Origin: an uncultured Verrucomicrobiae bacterium
GTDB taxonomy: Bacteria; Verrucomicrobiota; Verrucomicrobiia; Limisphaerales; Palsa-1400
Length of the DNA stretch: 64,000 nucleotides
Assembly (NCBI GenBank): GCA_963707025.1
Contig: CAVPOM010000015.1
Coordinates: 160,001-224,000 of the forward strand
Reading direction: 5' to 3'
In this document: positions 1 through 10,120 of the stretch, one piece after another
How the letters are laid out: the number at the start of each line of letters is the position of its first letter
Numbering within the stretch: position 1 is the stretch's first letter
Position numbers and translations under genes: made by a program
Notes under the pieces: generated by a model
Database searches by the model: none
What the model saw: the letters and a program-made list of their open reading frames with translations, nothing else
Told to the model about the DNA's origin: nothing

Positions 1-1993
1 ATTGTTGCGCCGGCACTTCGTAGCGGCCGCTGGTTTCGTTGGGCCGCTGGATATTGCCCAGGCCAAGATCAAAAGTGGCGTTGGCGTTGGTGACGGCCAG
101 CGGGAAGGTCAGTTTCAAAAGCGTCTTCAGCGTGCCCCAGTTGACCGAGACATCCCACTCCACCCGCTCGCCCGCGTCCCCGTCCGCCAGGCGGATGCGC
201 TCGGTGAAGACCGAACCGGCATTGCAACGCGTCACACCCAGACTGACGCGGGCCGGCCCATCTTCCAGAATTTGGCAAACGGGCGTTCCCGTTCCGCCCA
301 GATAGGACGTGGGAATTCCGGTCACGGTCGAGTATTGGACTTCCCAGTTCGGCCAGCTTGTGCTCAGGTCGTAGAGAAAGGCCCAGCGAATCGGCGCGTG
401 GAGCAACTCCCGATTGCCGGCCTTGTCGAAGATCGAGTTGACGTCGCCATTGGCGTTGACCTCCACGCGGTAGCGCGCGTTTTCGAGTTGCGAGGTCGAA
501 ACCGACAAACCGGTGCTCAAGGCGCAGGGTGTGGGCGACGGGCGCACGTCATAGACCGCCGCTCCCATTGCGGGAACGTCCGCCAGAAAAATCACCGGCA
601 CAAAGTTGTCGGCCGGGGCGCCCATTTGCGAGGGCACTTCGTTGCCGTTCCCATCGAACACCCGCACCGCCGCGGGCAGGCCGCTGGCAAAGGTGACATT
701 GGCTTCCACGATATCCTGGCGGGTTATGGAAAGCGGATTATACACCAGCAACGGCACTCCTTGAGCGGTGGTGTCCATCGCCTTGGCCAGGACGCCGGCG
801 CCGTCTGTTTCGACCGCGCCAAATTCATTCAGGGCCAGCAATTCATCGTTCCAGGCAAAGTTATAAGCGGCGGGAATGGCCGTGCCGGTCAGGACATCGT
901 GAAACTGGCACCAGAGGAAGCTGGTCCAGGCCTTGTTCAGTCTCTCCTGCGGATAAGTCCCGCCGCCTTGCAGCCAGTCGGCCATCACCGCCGCCCGTTC
1001 GGCCGCATCGGCCCGCTGCTCATTTTGGCGGTTGTATTTTTTCATTTCGGCGTGCGCCGTGTAGGTGCCGGTGCCGTGGGTCTGCATGATCAGTTCACCC
1101 TGATAAACCGGCAGAGTGCTTCCTTGCGCGGCCGTCAGGTCGCGGTACATCTGGTCGGACCCGGCGCTCAAGACGTTGAGCAGGCCGTTGGTCGTCGTGA
1201 CGCTTTGTTCCACCCAATTCACCGAACTTGGACTCGGCCCGCCGCCCTGGTCGCCGGTGCCGTAGTAACGGTAGTCGAGGTACAGACCCGTCCGCGCAAA
1301 ATTGTTGCTGATCCGCGACAACTCGCTGGTATCGTTGGCCAAGTTGTCGGAAACGCTGGAATTGTAAGCTCCCGGCTGCAGGACGGCCGTGACGGACGAC
1401 CCATCCGGCCCAACCCATCTCCCAATGTTGGCGAAGGGAATATTGGTCCAGCAACCCCAGGACAATTTTTGCGATGAAAAGCCCTTCAGGCCGCAATGGG
1501 CCGCGACCGACGGCAGCGCGTAGCCGAAGCCAAAGCAGTCGGGAACGAAGATGTCCTCGGTGGTCTTGCCGAACATCTGGCTGTAGTAGTTTTCCGCCAG
1601 GAGGGCGTGGCGCATCAGTGCTTCCGGCGAGGGACTGTTCACGTCCCCGGCCACGACCGCCGCGCCCGCCAGCCGCCAGCGTCCTTGGGCGATGTAGTTG
1701 GTCAGCGTGACAAAGTCCGCCGGGTAGTATTCCTGGGCCAACTGGTAACGCCAGGACTCTTCCCAATTGAAAATGTAATGGGGGTAGGCCGCCAGGAGCG
1801 CAAAATTGGTGTGGAGCGTGGCGGGGATGTAGGAATTGATCGTGTCCTGAATGGTCCAGTTCCATTCATCGTCCAGATGGGCGTCCGCCACCATGTAGAG
1901 GATTTTGTCGTGCGTCGGGTCCAGGGCCTGCACCGGGCTTTGCCCCATGATAACCGCGGCCAACAGGAGGATGTTTTGCGCTCGGATGCCCAC
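1..1993 (-). CDS. Alpha-mannosidase, glycoside hydrolase family 38 (3' end runs off the window; start approximate, GTG at 1993)
   Basis: Not in the ORF track. Hand translation of both ends of the minus frame gives a signal-like ILLLAAVIMGQSPVQA, the GH38 N-terminal motifs YMVADAHLDDEWNW and FVPDCFGFGYALP, and the GH38 C-terminal segment VNWGTLKTLLKLTFPLAV...FDLGLGNIQRPN...RYEVPAQQ at the window edge. Confidence 0.88.
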   Translation of the reverse strand, partial: MGIRAQNILLLAAVIMGQSPVQALDPTHDKILYMVADAHLDDEWNWTIQDTINSYIPATLHTNFALLAAYPHYIFNWEESWRYQLAQEYYPADFVTLTNYIAQGRWRLAGAAVVAGDVNSPSPEALMRHALLAENYYSQMFGKTTEDIFVPDCFGFGYALPSVAAHCGLKGFSSQKLSWGCWTNIPFANIGRWVGPDGSSVTAVLQPGAYNSSVSDNLANDTSELSRISNNFARTGLYLDYRYYGTGDQGGGPSPSSVNWVEQSVTTTNGLLNVLSAGSDQMYRDLTAAQGSTLPVYQGELIMQTHGTGTYTAHAEMKKYNRQNEQRADAAERAAVMADWLQGGGTYPQERLNKAWTSFLWCQFHDVLTGTAIPAAYNFAWNDELLALNEFGAVETDGAGVLAKAMDTTAQGVPLLVYNPLSITRQDIVEANVTFASGLPAAVRVFDGNGNEVPSQMGAPADNFVPVIFLADVPAMGAAVYDVRPSPTPCALSTGLSVSTSQLENARYRVEVNANGDVNSIFDKAGNRELLHAPIRWAFLYDLSTSWPNWEVQYSTVTGIPTSYLGGTGTPVCQILEDGPARVSLGVTRCNAGSVFTERIRLADGDAGERVEWDVSVNWGTLKTLLKLTFPLAVTNANATFDLGLGNIQRPNETSGRYEVPAQQ

Positions 1994-2126
1994 GCTGGCA
2001 ATCTCATGGACGGCACGCCAAAGTGCTCCCCGAATTTTGTCATTCTCCGGGCGAAAATTGCGTCGCGCCAGAAGGCCTAATTCTGCGAGCCGTGCTTTGC
2101 ATTTGTCGCTTGCCTCCCCTGCCCGG

Positions 2127-2154
2127 TTGACGTTCCCGCGCGCGCGCTTACAAT
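2127..2154 (+). promoter_or_regulatory. Putative sigma70 promoter for the PLD-sulfatase operon
   Basis: TTGACG-N16-TACAAT about 30 nt upstream of the ATG at 2185. Confidence 0.55.
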
Positions 2155-2184
2155 GGCTCCGGCGCGCCGGCATGGCGGAATTAT

Positions 2185-4218
2185 ATGACAAATCACGCAC
2201 CCCTTTTCCGAATCCTGGGCGGTTTGCCGCTGCTGGCGCTTCTGGCCGGTTGCGCCTCCTCCAGCCCCCGCGTGCGTTACCTGGAGGAGATCCGGCCGGC
2301 CAGCTTCACCAACCTCACGGCCTATCGCACGGAGACCAATCTGGAAATCCGCTTCCCGCTCCGCGGCAAGGATGCTTATGCCCACGCCAATTGGCCCCAA
2401 GCCGACACCGGCGGGACCAATTATCAGCGCCGGTTCGCGGTGCTGACTTTCGACAAGGAAAAACCGGCCGCGCGCAAGTCCGCGGTCACTAAAAACAACC
2501 AGGTGGCCATCCGCAACCCGCAACAATGGAAACAGTTGGTGCAAAGAATTTTTGCCGGTCTGGCGCCCGCCGGGCCGGAGCACGGCGTGCTGCTGCTGGC
2601 CGAGAACGAGGAGATCGTCATTTTCCGGGACAAGACGGGCAAACTCGGCGAGGTGAAATTGGAAAACAAACCCCCGGAGATTGTGGTGGACCATACCTAC
2701 AATGACACCGATTTCTCCCGCCTCGCCATCCACCTGCTGGAGACCGGCGTGCTCAATTTGGACCGCAGCCAGTGGCAGTTTTTGTTCGTGACGGGGGAAA
2801 GCCCGGGCATTGTTTTTATGGATTTGCGCGAGCGCCTCGTCGTCTTCCTGGCTTATCCGGGCGACCCGGAGACGCCGGAACTGCCGGCCGCCTTCGCCGT
2901 GCGGGCCTTGAATTCCCTGCTCATCCGCAGCCTTCTCCTCACCGCCGTCAAAAATCCCGTCACCCTCCTGTCGCGCGGCTTCTGGCATCTCGGCACTTCG
3001 GGCGTCGCCGCCATCACCCCCGGCCCGGACAGCCCCGGCGGCCCGCCCCCGCCGCTGGCCACCGGCCCGGGCATGGATTTGGCGGCGTGGGAAAAGGACC
3101 TGGACCGGATCACCTCGGCGCGGCGGTACCAGGGGAAGATCGAATTGTTGATTGACGGGGAACAGTTTTTCCCGGCGTTGATCCAGTCGGTGGAAGGGGC
3201 GGCCCGCAGCGTGGACGCCCAGGTATTCATATTTGACAATGATGAATATGCCGTCAAAATCGCCGACTTGTTGAAGAAGCGTTCCCGGGAGGTCAAGGTC
3301 CGGGTCCTGATGGATGACGCCGGCTCGTTATTCGCCGGGAACGTGGCGCGGGCCACGCCGCCGGCGGCCGGTTCCCAGCGTCCGGCCGACATGGAGGCGT
3401 ATTTGACCTCCGGTTCCCAGGTGCGGGTGCGGGCCACCGCCAACCCTTGGCTGACGATGGATCACCGCAAATGCTTCGTCATTGACGGCCGCCAGGCCTA
3501 CCTGGGCGGCATGAACATCGGCCGCCAGTACCGCTACGAATGGCACGATCTGATGGTGGGCTTGACCGGCCCGGTGGTGGGGCGGCTGGAAAAGGCCTAC
3601 CGCAAGGCCTGGGCGCACGCGGGACCGCTGGGCGATTTTGCCTACGCCTGGGTTTCGCTCTTCCAACCGGCCGCGTCCGGCAAAAACCAGATGCCCGGCG
3701 GCATTGACATCCGGCCCCTGCGCACGGCGACTTTCAAGGCGGAAATTTGCCGCGCCCAACTGGAGGCGATCAACCGGGCCAAAAGCTACATCTATATCGA
3801 GAACGCTTATTTCGATGACAACGCGATCCTGCGCGCCCTGATCCAGGCGCGGCGGCGCGGGGTGGACGTGCGGGTCATTTTTCCCGCGGAAAACGACAGC
3901 GGCATCATGCAAACCAGCGACGAGGTAACCGGAAACGAGCTGCTCGAAAACGGCGCGCGCGTCTATGTCTATCCGGGCATGACGCACGTCAAGGCGGCGA
4001 TTTACGACGGCTGGGCCTGTCTGGGCTCGGCCAATTTCAACAAAATGAGCCTGCGCGTCGGCCAGGAACTGGACGTGGCCTTTTCCGACCCAGCCACGGT
4101 GGACCGCCTGAAGAAGGATCTGTTCGAGACCGATTTCCAGCGCTCGCGGGAACTGACCCAGCCGGTGCCGCTGAACTGGTTTGATTCCTTCGTCAAGGCC
4201 TTTGCCAACGAGTTATGA
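2185..4218 (+). CDS. Phospholipase D / cardiolipin synthase-like lipoprotein with a long N-terminal extension
   Basis: Lipobox LLAGC; two HKD motifs (HRKCFVID...GGMN and HVKAAIYD...GSAN). Confidence 0.88.
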   Translation: MTNHAPLFRILGGLPLLALLAGCASSSPRVRYLEEIRPASFTNLTAYRTETNLEIRFPLRGKDAYAHANWPQADTGGTNYQRRFAVLTFDKEKPAARKSAVTKNNQVAIRNPQQWKQLVQRIFAGLAPAGPEHGVLLLAENEEIVIFRDKTGKLGEVKLENKPPEIVVDHTYNDTDFSRLAIHLLETGVLNLDRSQWQFLFVTGESPGIVFMDLRERLVVFLAYPGDPETPELPAAFAVRALNSLLIRSLLLTAVKNPVTLLSRGFWHLGTSGVAAITPGPDSPGGPPPPLATGPGMDLAAWEKDLDRITSARRYQGKIELLIDGEQFFPALIQSVEGAARSVDAQVFIFDNDEYAVKIADLLKKRSREVKVRVLMDDAGSLFAGNVARATPPAAGSQRPADMEAYLTSGSQVRVRATANPWLTMDHRKCFVIDGRQAYLGGMNIGRQYRYEWHDLMVGLTGPVVGRLEKAYRKAWAHAGPLGDFAYAWVSLFQPAASGKNQMPGGIDIRPLRTATFKAEICRAQLEAINRAKSYIYIENAYFDDNAILRALIQARRRGVDVRVIFPAENDSGIMQTSDEVTGNELLENGARVYVYPGMTHVKAAIYDGWACLGSANFNKMSLRVGQELDVAFSDPATVDRLKKDLFETDFQRSRELTQPVPLNWFDSFVKAFANEL

Positions 4219-5720
4219 GCCGCAAAAATATGCAACCGATCACACGCCGTCGTTTTTTGGGCGGGGTCGCCGGGTCGGCGGCGCTGGCCGCGCTGCCGCG
4301 CGCAATGTTTGGGCGGGCATCCGCCGCCGCGACGCGCAAGCCCAATGTCCTGTTCATCATGTCCGACGACATGCGGGTGGAACTGGGGTGTTACGGCAGC
4401 ATGTTCCGGGCGCGCACGCCCAACCTGGACGCCCTGGCCGCCGCCGGGATCAGGTTTGACAGAAATTATTGCCAGTTCCCCCTCTGCAATCCCTCGCGCT
4501 CCTCCATGCTGACCGGGCGGCCGCCGACCGGGACCGGCGTCCTGGGCAACCGGACGGCCTTCCGCGATCTGCATCCGGATTGGGTCAGCCTGCCGCAGTT
4601 GTTCAAGGAAAACGGCTATGTCACCTTGCGCAACGGGAAGATTTACCACAACGGAATTGACGACCCCAAGGCCTGGACCGAGGCCGCCGACCTTGAGGAA
4701 GGCGATGGCGGCGGCGCCACCAAACCCATCCCGGGCCGGGACCCGCTGCCCACTCAAACCAATGCGCCGACCGCGCAGTCCGCGGGCCAGCTCCGCGCGG
4801 CTTACTCGGACCGCATCGTGGTTCTGGAGGGAAACGGCGAAGGGCACGGCGATTATCACACCGCCGACCGCACCATGGCGCACCTGCGGAAATACCGGGA
4901 CCAGCCGTTTTTCCTCGGCTGCGGTTTTGTCAAGCCGCACAGCCCGCCCACCGCGCCGCGGCGGTTCCTGGACTGGTACGATCCGACAAAAATAGAGTTG
5001 ACGCCAGACTTCGCCCCCCGGCCCACGGCGCCGCCCGGATTTCCGGACGCGGCCATCCGCAAGCGCAATGCCGACCTGTTCATCGGGCGCGACGCCGGCG
5101 TGGCCGAAGCCCGCGAAGTCATCCGCGCCTACATCGCCTCGATTTCATGGGTGGACTGGAACATCGGGCGGGTCCTGGGCGAGCTGGACCGGCTGGGCTT
5201 GCGCCAGAGCACCATCATCGTCTTCGTGGCCGATCACGGCTATCAACTGGGCGAGAAGGGAAAATGGTCCAAGGCCGGGTCGCTTTTCGAGATGGGCACG
5301 CGCGTGCCGATGCTGATGGCGGTGCCGGGAGCCAAAGGCAACGGGTCGTCCTGCCCGCGCATCGTGGAATCACTGGACATTTATCCGACGCTGGTGGAAC
5401 TGTGCGGCCTGCCGCCGCCCTCGGGGATCGAGGGCAAAAGTCTGGCGCCCCTGCTGAACAGCCCCGAGGCCGCCTGGGACCGCCCGGCCTACAGCGTCTG
5501 GAGCGAGGACGGCACCAGCTTGCACGGCGTGGCGGTGCGGACCGCGAGGTGGCGCTACGCGGAATTTGGCGCGGAAGGGAAAAACGGGGCCATGCTGTTT
5601 GATCCCAAAGCCGATCCGCTGGAGATGGAGAATTTGGCCGGCGACCCCCAGCACGCGCCCGCGTGCGCCGAGCTTTCCAGGCTGACACGCCAATACGCGG
5701 CCCGTCTTGGGAAAGCTTGA
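4215..5720 (+). CDS. TAT-exported formylglycine-dependent sulfatase (iduronate-2-sulfatase-like, family S1)
   Basis: TRRRFL twin-arginine signal; PNVLFIMSDD; CNPSR (CxPxR) motif; GKIYH; ADHG. ATGA overlap with the PLD gene. Confidence 0.92.
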   Translation: MSRKNMQPITRRRFLGGVAGSAALAALPRAMFGRASAAATRKPNVLFIMSDDMRVELGCYGSMFRARTPNLDALAAAGIRFDRNYCQFPLCNPSRSSMLTGRPPTGTGVLGNRTAFRDLHPDWVSLPQLFKENGYVTLRNGKIYHNGIDDPKAWTEAADLEEGDGGGATKPIPGRDPLPTQTNAPTAQSAGQLRAAYSDRIVVLEGNGEGHGDYHTADRTMAHLRKYRDQPFFLGCGFVKPHSPPTAPRRFLDWYDPTKIELTPDFAPRPTAPPGFPDAAIRKRNADLFIGRDAGVAEAREVIRAYIASISWVDWNIGRVLGELDRLGLRQSTIIVFVADHGYQLGEKGKWSKAGSLFEMGTRVPMLMAVPGAKGNGSSCPRIVESLDIYPTLVELCGLPPPSGIEGKSLAPLLNSPEAAWDRPAYSVWSEDGTSLHGVAVRTARWRYAEFGAEGKNGAMLFDPKADPLEMENLAGDPQHAPACAELSRLTRQYAARLGKA

Positions 5721-5759
5721 CGCCGGGGCGGGTTGAGGAATTCCCGGCCCGAGACAGGG

Positions 5760-6467
5760 TCAGCGCCGCCGGGCGGCGGCCACGAGCGTCTCCAGGTCGT
5801 AGTTCAACAAGTCGCCTATTCTTTCGATGGTGACATCGGCCCTGGGATAGCCGGCGGTGAGCCTGGCATCCAAGGCGTAGTGTCCCTGGCGCACGAAAAC
5901 GGCGGTCAGGCGCGCGCGCCAGATTTTTTTCATGGCGGCCAGGATGCGGACTTTGTCGTCCACCATGATGTAATGGCGGGCGGGATAATGGCGCGTCACA
6001 TCGGCCAATTCCTGCTCTTTGTGGACGTAAATCATGACGCGGCCCCCGACCGCCTCGAACAGGCCCGAGCGATCTATCTTGCGCGGCTGGAAAACGACAT
6101 CGCCATCCGAGAGCAGCACGACCGGCCCCCACTGCCGGCAATGAGCCAGCACGTCGAGGGAATTGGGAAAGAGCCGGTTGGCGAACGGATAATCAATCAG
6201 GAAACGCGACACGGCAAGCAGGCGCAGCCCATGCGGATGAGCGGCGCGATACCGCTGCAAGGCCCCGAGATAATCGGCATAACCGAGTTGCCCGCGCAGT
6301 TCCTCGAAGAATTTCCAATAATCCCGCGCGCCCCTCGCCCCGACCCCGGCCTCGAGATATTTTTCCAGGTCGGCGATGACCTGATCGTTGGAGAGCAGGG
6401 TATTGTCCACGTCGAAGAAAAACACGGCCTTGGCGGGAGCGGGTTTTCTGGGGGACGCCCGGTTCAT
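5760..6467 (-). CDS. HAD-superfamily hydrolase
   Basis: FFFDVDNTL motif I; LSDG; MVDDK motif IV. ATG at 6467 overlaps the zwf stop (ATGA). Confidence 0.85.
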   Translation of the reverse strand: MNRASPRKPAPAKAVFFFDVDNTLLSNDQVIADLEKYLEAGVGARGARDYWKFFEELRGQLGYADYLGALQRYRAAHPHGLRLLAVSRFLIDYPFANRLFPNSLDVLAHCRQWGPVVLLSDGDVVFQPRKIDRSGLFEAVGGRVMIYVHKEQELADVTRHYPARHYIMVDDKVRILAAMKKIWRARLTAVFVRQGHYALDARLTAGYPRADVTIERIGDLLNYDLETLVAAARRR

Positions 6468-7993
6468 TCGATTTTTCTCCACGACCGTCCGTCGCGCGCC
6501 AGCAAATCGTCGGCTTCCCTGGGCCCCCAGGAACCGGCGGGGTAGTTGGGAAAGGCGCGCGGCGGCAGGGCCTTCCACACATCAATCACCGGGGTGATGA
6601 CGCTCCAGCCCGCTTCCACCATGTCGGCGCGCTGGAACAGGGTGGCGTCGCCGGTCATGCAATCGTAGATGAGCCGTTCGTAGCCGGTGCTGGGGGTCCT
6701 GCCGAAGTAATCCACGTAGTTGAATTTCATTTCCACCGGGCCCATCTGCATGATGGGGCCGGGGACCTTGGCGCCGAAACGCAGGGAAAGTCCTTCCCCC
6801 GGCTGGATCTGCAAAACCAGGCGGTTGGGGGTGAGCGTTTCCACCGAGGTCTCGCGAAACAACTGGAAGGGCGCGCCTTTAAATTGAATGGCGATCTCGG
6901 TCGTGCGCCGGGCCAGCCGTTTGCCCGTGCGGAGATAGAAGGGGACGTCGGCCCAGCGCCAGTTGTCAATTTTCAACTTCAAGGCCACAAAGGTTTCCGT
7001 GCTGGAATCCCTGGCCACCCCGGCTTCGGAGCGATATGCAGGCGCCGTTTCCTCCCCCACCCGGCCGGGGCCGTATTGGCCGCGCACGCTGGTGGTCAGG
7101 ACTTCTTCGGGGGAGGGGACGAGCACGGCGTGCAACACCTTGGCCTGTTCGTCCCGCACCGCATCAGCCTGGAAGGAAATGGGCGGCTCCATCGCGGTGA
7201 GGGAGACCAACTGAAAAAGATGATTGGGAACCATGTCGCGCAAGGCCCCGGCCGTTTCATAGTAGCCGCCGCGCGCTTCCACCCCCACCGTTTCGGCCGC
7301 GGTGATTTCCACATGGTCAATATAGCGCCGGTTCCAGATCGGCTCGAAGATGCTGTTGCCGAACCGGAAAATCATGATGTTCTGCACCGTCTCCTTGCCT
7401 AGGTAGTGATCAATGCGGAAAATCTGCCGTTCCTGGAGCGTGAGCTTGATGTCGGCATTGAGGGCGCGGGCCGACTCCAGATCGCGCCCGAAAGGTTTTT
7501 CAATCACGACCCGGCGCCAATGCCCCTCCTCTTCCGCCGCCAGCCCGGCCGCGCCCAGTTGCCGGACCGACTCGCCAAAAAAGCGGGGGGCCACCGCCAG
7601 ATAATAGAGATGGTTCCCCGGCACGTTGTGTTTCTGGCCGGCGTCGCTGATTTGCCCCCGGAGCAGTTGGTAGGCCTTGGGGTCCTGAAAATCGCCGCGC
7701 ACGTAGTAGAGGCGCCGCACAAACCAGCTCCACATCTCGGGCGTCACTTCGCAACTGGCGAATTCCTGGATGTCCTTGCCCATTTGCGCGCGGAAGCTCT
7801 CCGTCGTGTAGTCGTTGCCGGAAAATCCGACAATGGCAAATTGTTCGGGCAACAATTTCGCCGCCACGAGGTTGCAGAGGGCGGGAATGAGCTTGCGCTT
7901 GGTCAAATCGCCGCCCGCCCCGAAAATGACCATGACGCAGGGATCAGCCTGGCGCGCGGGCAGGTCGTTCGGTTCGCGAGGGGCGGCGCTCAC
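6464..7993 (-). CDS. zwf: Glucose-6-phosphate 1-dehydrogenase
   Basis: [27 protein letters not shown] motifs. Confidence 0.97.
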   Translation of the reverse strand: MSAAPREPNDLPARQADPCVMVIFGAGGDLTKRKLIPALCNLVAAKLLPEQFAIVGFSGNDYTTESFRAQMGKDIQEFASCEVTPEMWSWFVRRLYYVRGDFQDPKAYQLLRGQISDAGQKHNVPGNHLYYLAVAPRFFGESVRQLGAAGLAAEEEGHWRRVVIEKPFGRDLESARALNADIKLTLQERQIFRIDHYLGKETVQNIMIFRFGNSIFEPIWNRRYIDHVEITAAETVGVEARGGYYETAGALRDMVPNHLFQLVSLTAMEPPISFQADAVRDEQAKVLHAVLVPSPEEVLTTSVRGQYGPGRVGEETAPAYRSEAGVARDSSTETFVALKLKIDNWRWADVPFYLRTGKRLARRTTEIAIQFKGAPFQLFRETSVETLTPNRLVLQIQPGEGLSLRFGAKVPGPIMQMGPVEMKFNYVDYFGRTPSTGYERLIYDCMTGDATLFQRADMVEAGWSVITPVIDVWKALPPRAFPNYPAGSWGPREADDLLARDGRSWRKIE

Positions 7994-8026
7994 GGGTTGA
8001 TTCCAGGAGGCGATCCGGCCGGCGGA

Positions 8027-8944
8027 TTATCCGGCGTAAATCGCCATGATCTTCTTGAGAAACGCCACCGCCTTGTCCTGTTGGCGCTGAAAGGAATTGC
8101 GCCCGATGATGGAGCCAAAACCGCCGCCGTCGCGGATGGCAGTGGCTTCCTGGAAAACCTTCTCGTCGTCCACCGCCGCGCCGCCGGAGAAAATCACGAT
8201 GCGGCGGCCGGCAAAGGCGCACTGCACAATGTGGCGCACGCGCTCGGTCAGGGTGCCGATGGGGATTTTTTCCTTATCATAAACTTTTTTCGCCTCCGCC
8301 TGCTCGATGTGGCTGGAGGGCAGCTTGACTTTGATGATATGGGCGCCCAGTTGCGCGGCGATTTGCGCGGCGTAACCGCATACATCAATGGCCGTCTCCC
8401 CCTCCTTGCTCAAGGAGGCCCCGCGCGGGTAAGACCAGATGACCACCGCCAACCCGGCCCGTTTGGCCAGCAGGGCCGCCTCCTTGATCTCCTCGTACAT
8501 GGTCACCCGATGCGCCGAACCGGGATAAATGGTAAAGCCGATGGCCGCGCAACCCAGCCGCAAGGCGTCCTCCACTGAACTGGTGACGGCGGACAGCGGG
8601 TCCTTTTCGTCATGCAACACGTCGTGGTTGTTGATTTTGAGAATCAGCGGAATTTCTCCGGCAAATTCGCGCGCGGCCGCTTCCAGGGAGCCGAGCGGCG
8701 CGGCGTAGGCGTTGCAGCCGGAAGCGATGGCCAGCCCCATGTGATAGCGGGGATCGTAGCCGGGCGGATTGACGGCGAAACTGCGGGCCGGGCCGTGTTC
8801 AAATCCCTGGTCCACCGGCAGGATGACCAGCCGCCCGCTGCCGCCGAGCGTGCCGTGGTTGAGCAGACGGGCCAGATTGGCCAGCGTTCCCGGATTGTCT
8901 GCGCCGTACCAGCTCAATATCTCTTTAACTCGTGATGTAGCCAT
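8027..8944 (-). CDS. fbaB: Class I fructose-bisphosphate aldolase (DhnA/FbaB type)
   Basis: ILPVDQGFEHGP, WSYPRG, AHIIKVK, GSIIGRN motifs. Confidence 0.93.
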   Translation of the reverse strand: MATSRVKEILSWYGADNPGTLANLARLLNHGTLGGSGRLVILPVDQGFEHGPARSFAVNPPGYDPRYHMGLAIASGCNAYAAPLGSLEAAAREFAGEIPLILKINNHDVLHDEKDPLSAVTSSVEDALRLGCAAIGFTIYPGSAHRVTMYEEIKEAALLAKRAGLAVVIWSYPRGASLSKEGETAIDVCGYAAQIAAQLGAHIIKVKLPSSHIEQAEAKKVYDKEKIPIGTLTERVRHIVQCAFAGRRIVIFSGGAAVDDEKVFQEATAIRDGGGFGSIIGRNSFQRQQDKAVAFLKKIMAIYAG

Positions 8945-9000
8945 AGTTGTTTTCCTTTTTTCTGCAATTATCGATCAGCATTTTCAATTTGCATTATGTT

Positions 9001-9984
9001 TCATTTTCCACCCTTCGGTTCCACATGACCGCCAAATTTTTGGCGCATGGCCGAAAGCATTTTGTCCGCGAAAGTGCGATCCTGGCGGGAACGAAACCGG
9101 GCAAAAAGCGCGGCCGTGAGAACCTCGGCCGGCACCGCTTCCTCGATGGCGGCATTGATCGTCCACCGTCCTTCGCCGGAATCCTGCACGAATCCGGTGT
9201 AATTGGAAAGGGTGGGATTTTCCGCCAGGGCCATGGCCGTCAAGTCCAGCAGCCACGAGCCGATGACACTGCCGCGCCGCCACAGTTCGGCGACGTTGGC
9301 AAGGTTGAGATCGTAGCGCCGGTCCTCCGGGACATCCTTTGTATTGACGCTGCGCAGAATGTCAAAACCTTCCGCGTAAGCCTGCATGATGCCGTACTCG
9401 ATGCCGTTGTGGACCATTTTGACGAAATGCCCGGCCCCGGCGGGCCCGCAATGGAGAAAACCCTGTTCCGCCGTGCCATGAATGGCCTCTCGGCCCGGCG
9501 AGGGAGGAATCGTTCCCTGGCCGGGGGCCAGCGCGGTAAAAATGGGTTGGAGCCGCTGCACCGTGGCGCGGTCGCCCCCGATCATCAGGCAATAGCCCCG
9601 TTCCACGCCCCAGACGCCGCCGCTGGTGCCAACGTCCAGATAGTTGATTCCTTTGGGCTGAAGCATTTTGGCGCGGCGGACATCATCCTGGAAAAACGAG
9701 TTGCCGCCGTCAATCAGGGTGCTGCCGGCGGGGAGCAGGGCGGCCATTTGCAGGACGGCGTTTTCCGTGGCCGCGCCGGCCGGGACCATCAACCAGACGG
9801 TTTTGGGCGCGGCCAATTTGCCGGCCAAATCCTCCAGCGAAGACGAGCCGGTGGCGCCTTCCTTGACCATGGCCTGGACGGCGTCCTGGCCCCGGGCATA
9901 CACCACGCATTGGTGGCCCTGTTTCATCAGGCGGCGCGCCATGTTGGCGCCCATTTTCCCAATTCCGATCATTCCGATTTGCAT
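9001..9984 (-). CDS. gnd: 6-phosphogluconate dehydrogenase, decarboxylating (short YqeC-like type)
   Basis: GIGKMG Rossmann motif, [27 protein letters not shown]. Start set at MQIGMIG. Confidence 0.95.
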   Translation of the reverse strand: MQIGMIGIGKMGANMARRLMKQGHQCVVYARGQDAVQAMVKEGATGSSSLEDLAGKLAAPKTVWLMVPAGAATENAVLQMAALLPAGSTLIDGGNSFFQDDVRRAKMLQPKGINYLDVGTSGGVWGVERGYCLMIGGDRATVQRLQPIFTALAPGQGTIPPSPGREAIHGTAEQGFLHCGPAGAGHFVKMVHNGIEYGIMQAYAEGFDILRSVNTKDVPEDRRYDLNLANVAELWRRGSVIGSWLLDLTAMALAENPTLSNYTGFVQDSGEGRWTINAAIEEAVPAEVLTAALFARFRSRQDRTFADKMLSAMRQKFGGHVEPKGGK

Positions 9985-10120
9985 CGTCGTGTCCTTTGTT
10001 GGCCGCTGGCTGACGGCATTATTGGCGCAGAGCATAATGGATTTAAGAAAACCCGCAAGCCGCTTTGCATGGCCATGGGTGGCATGGGGCCTCTCCGTTT
10101 TCTCAAAGAAGGATTTGTCG

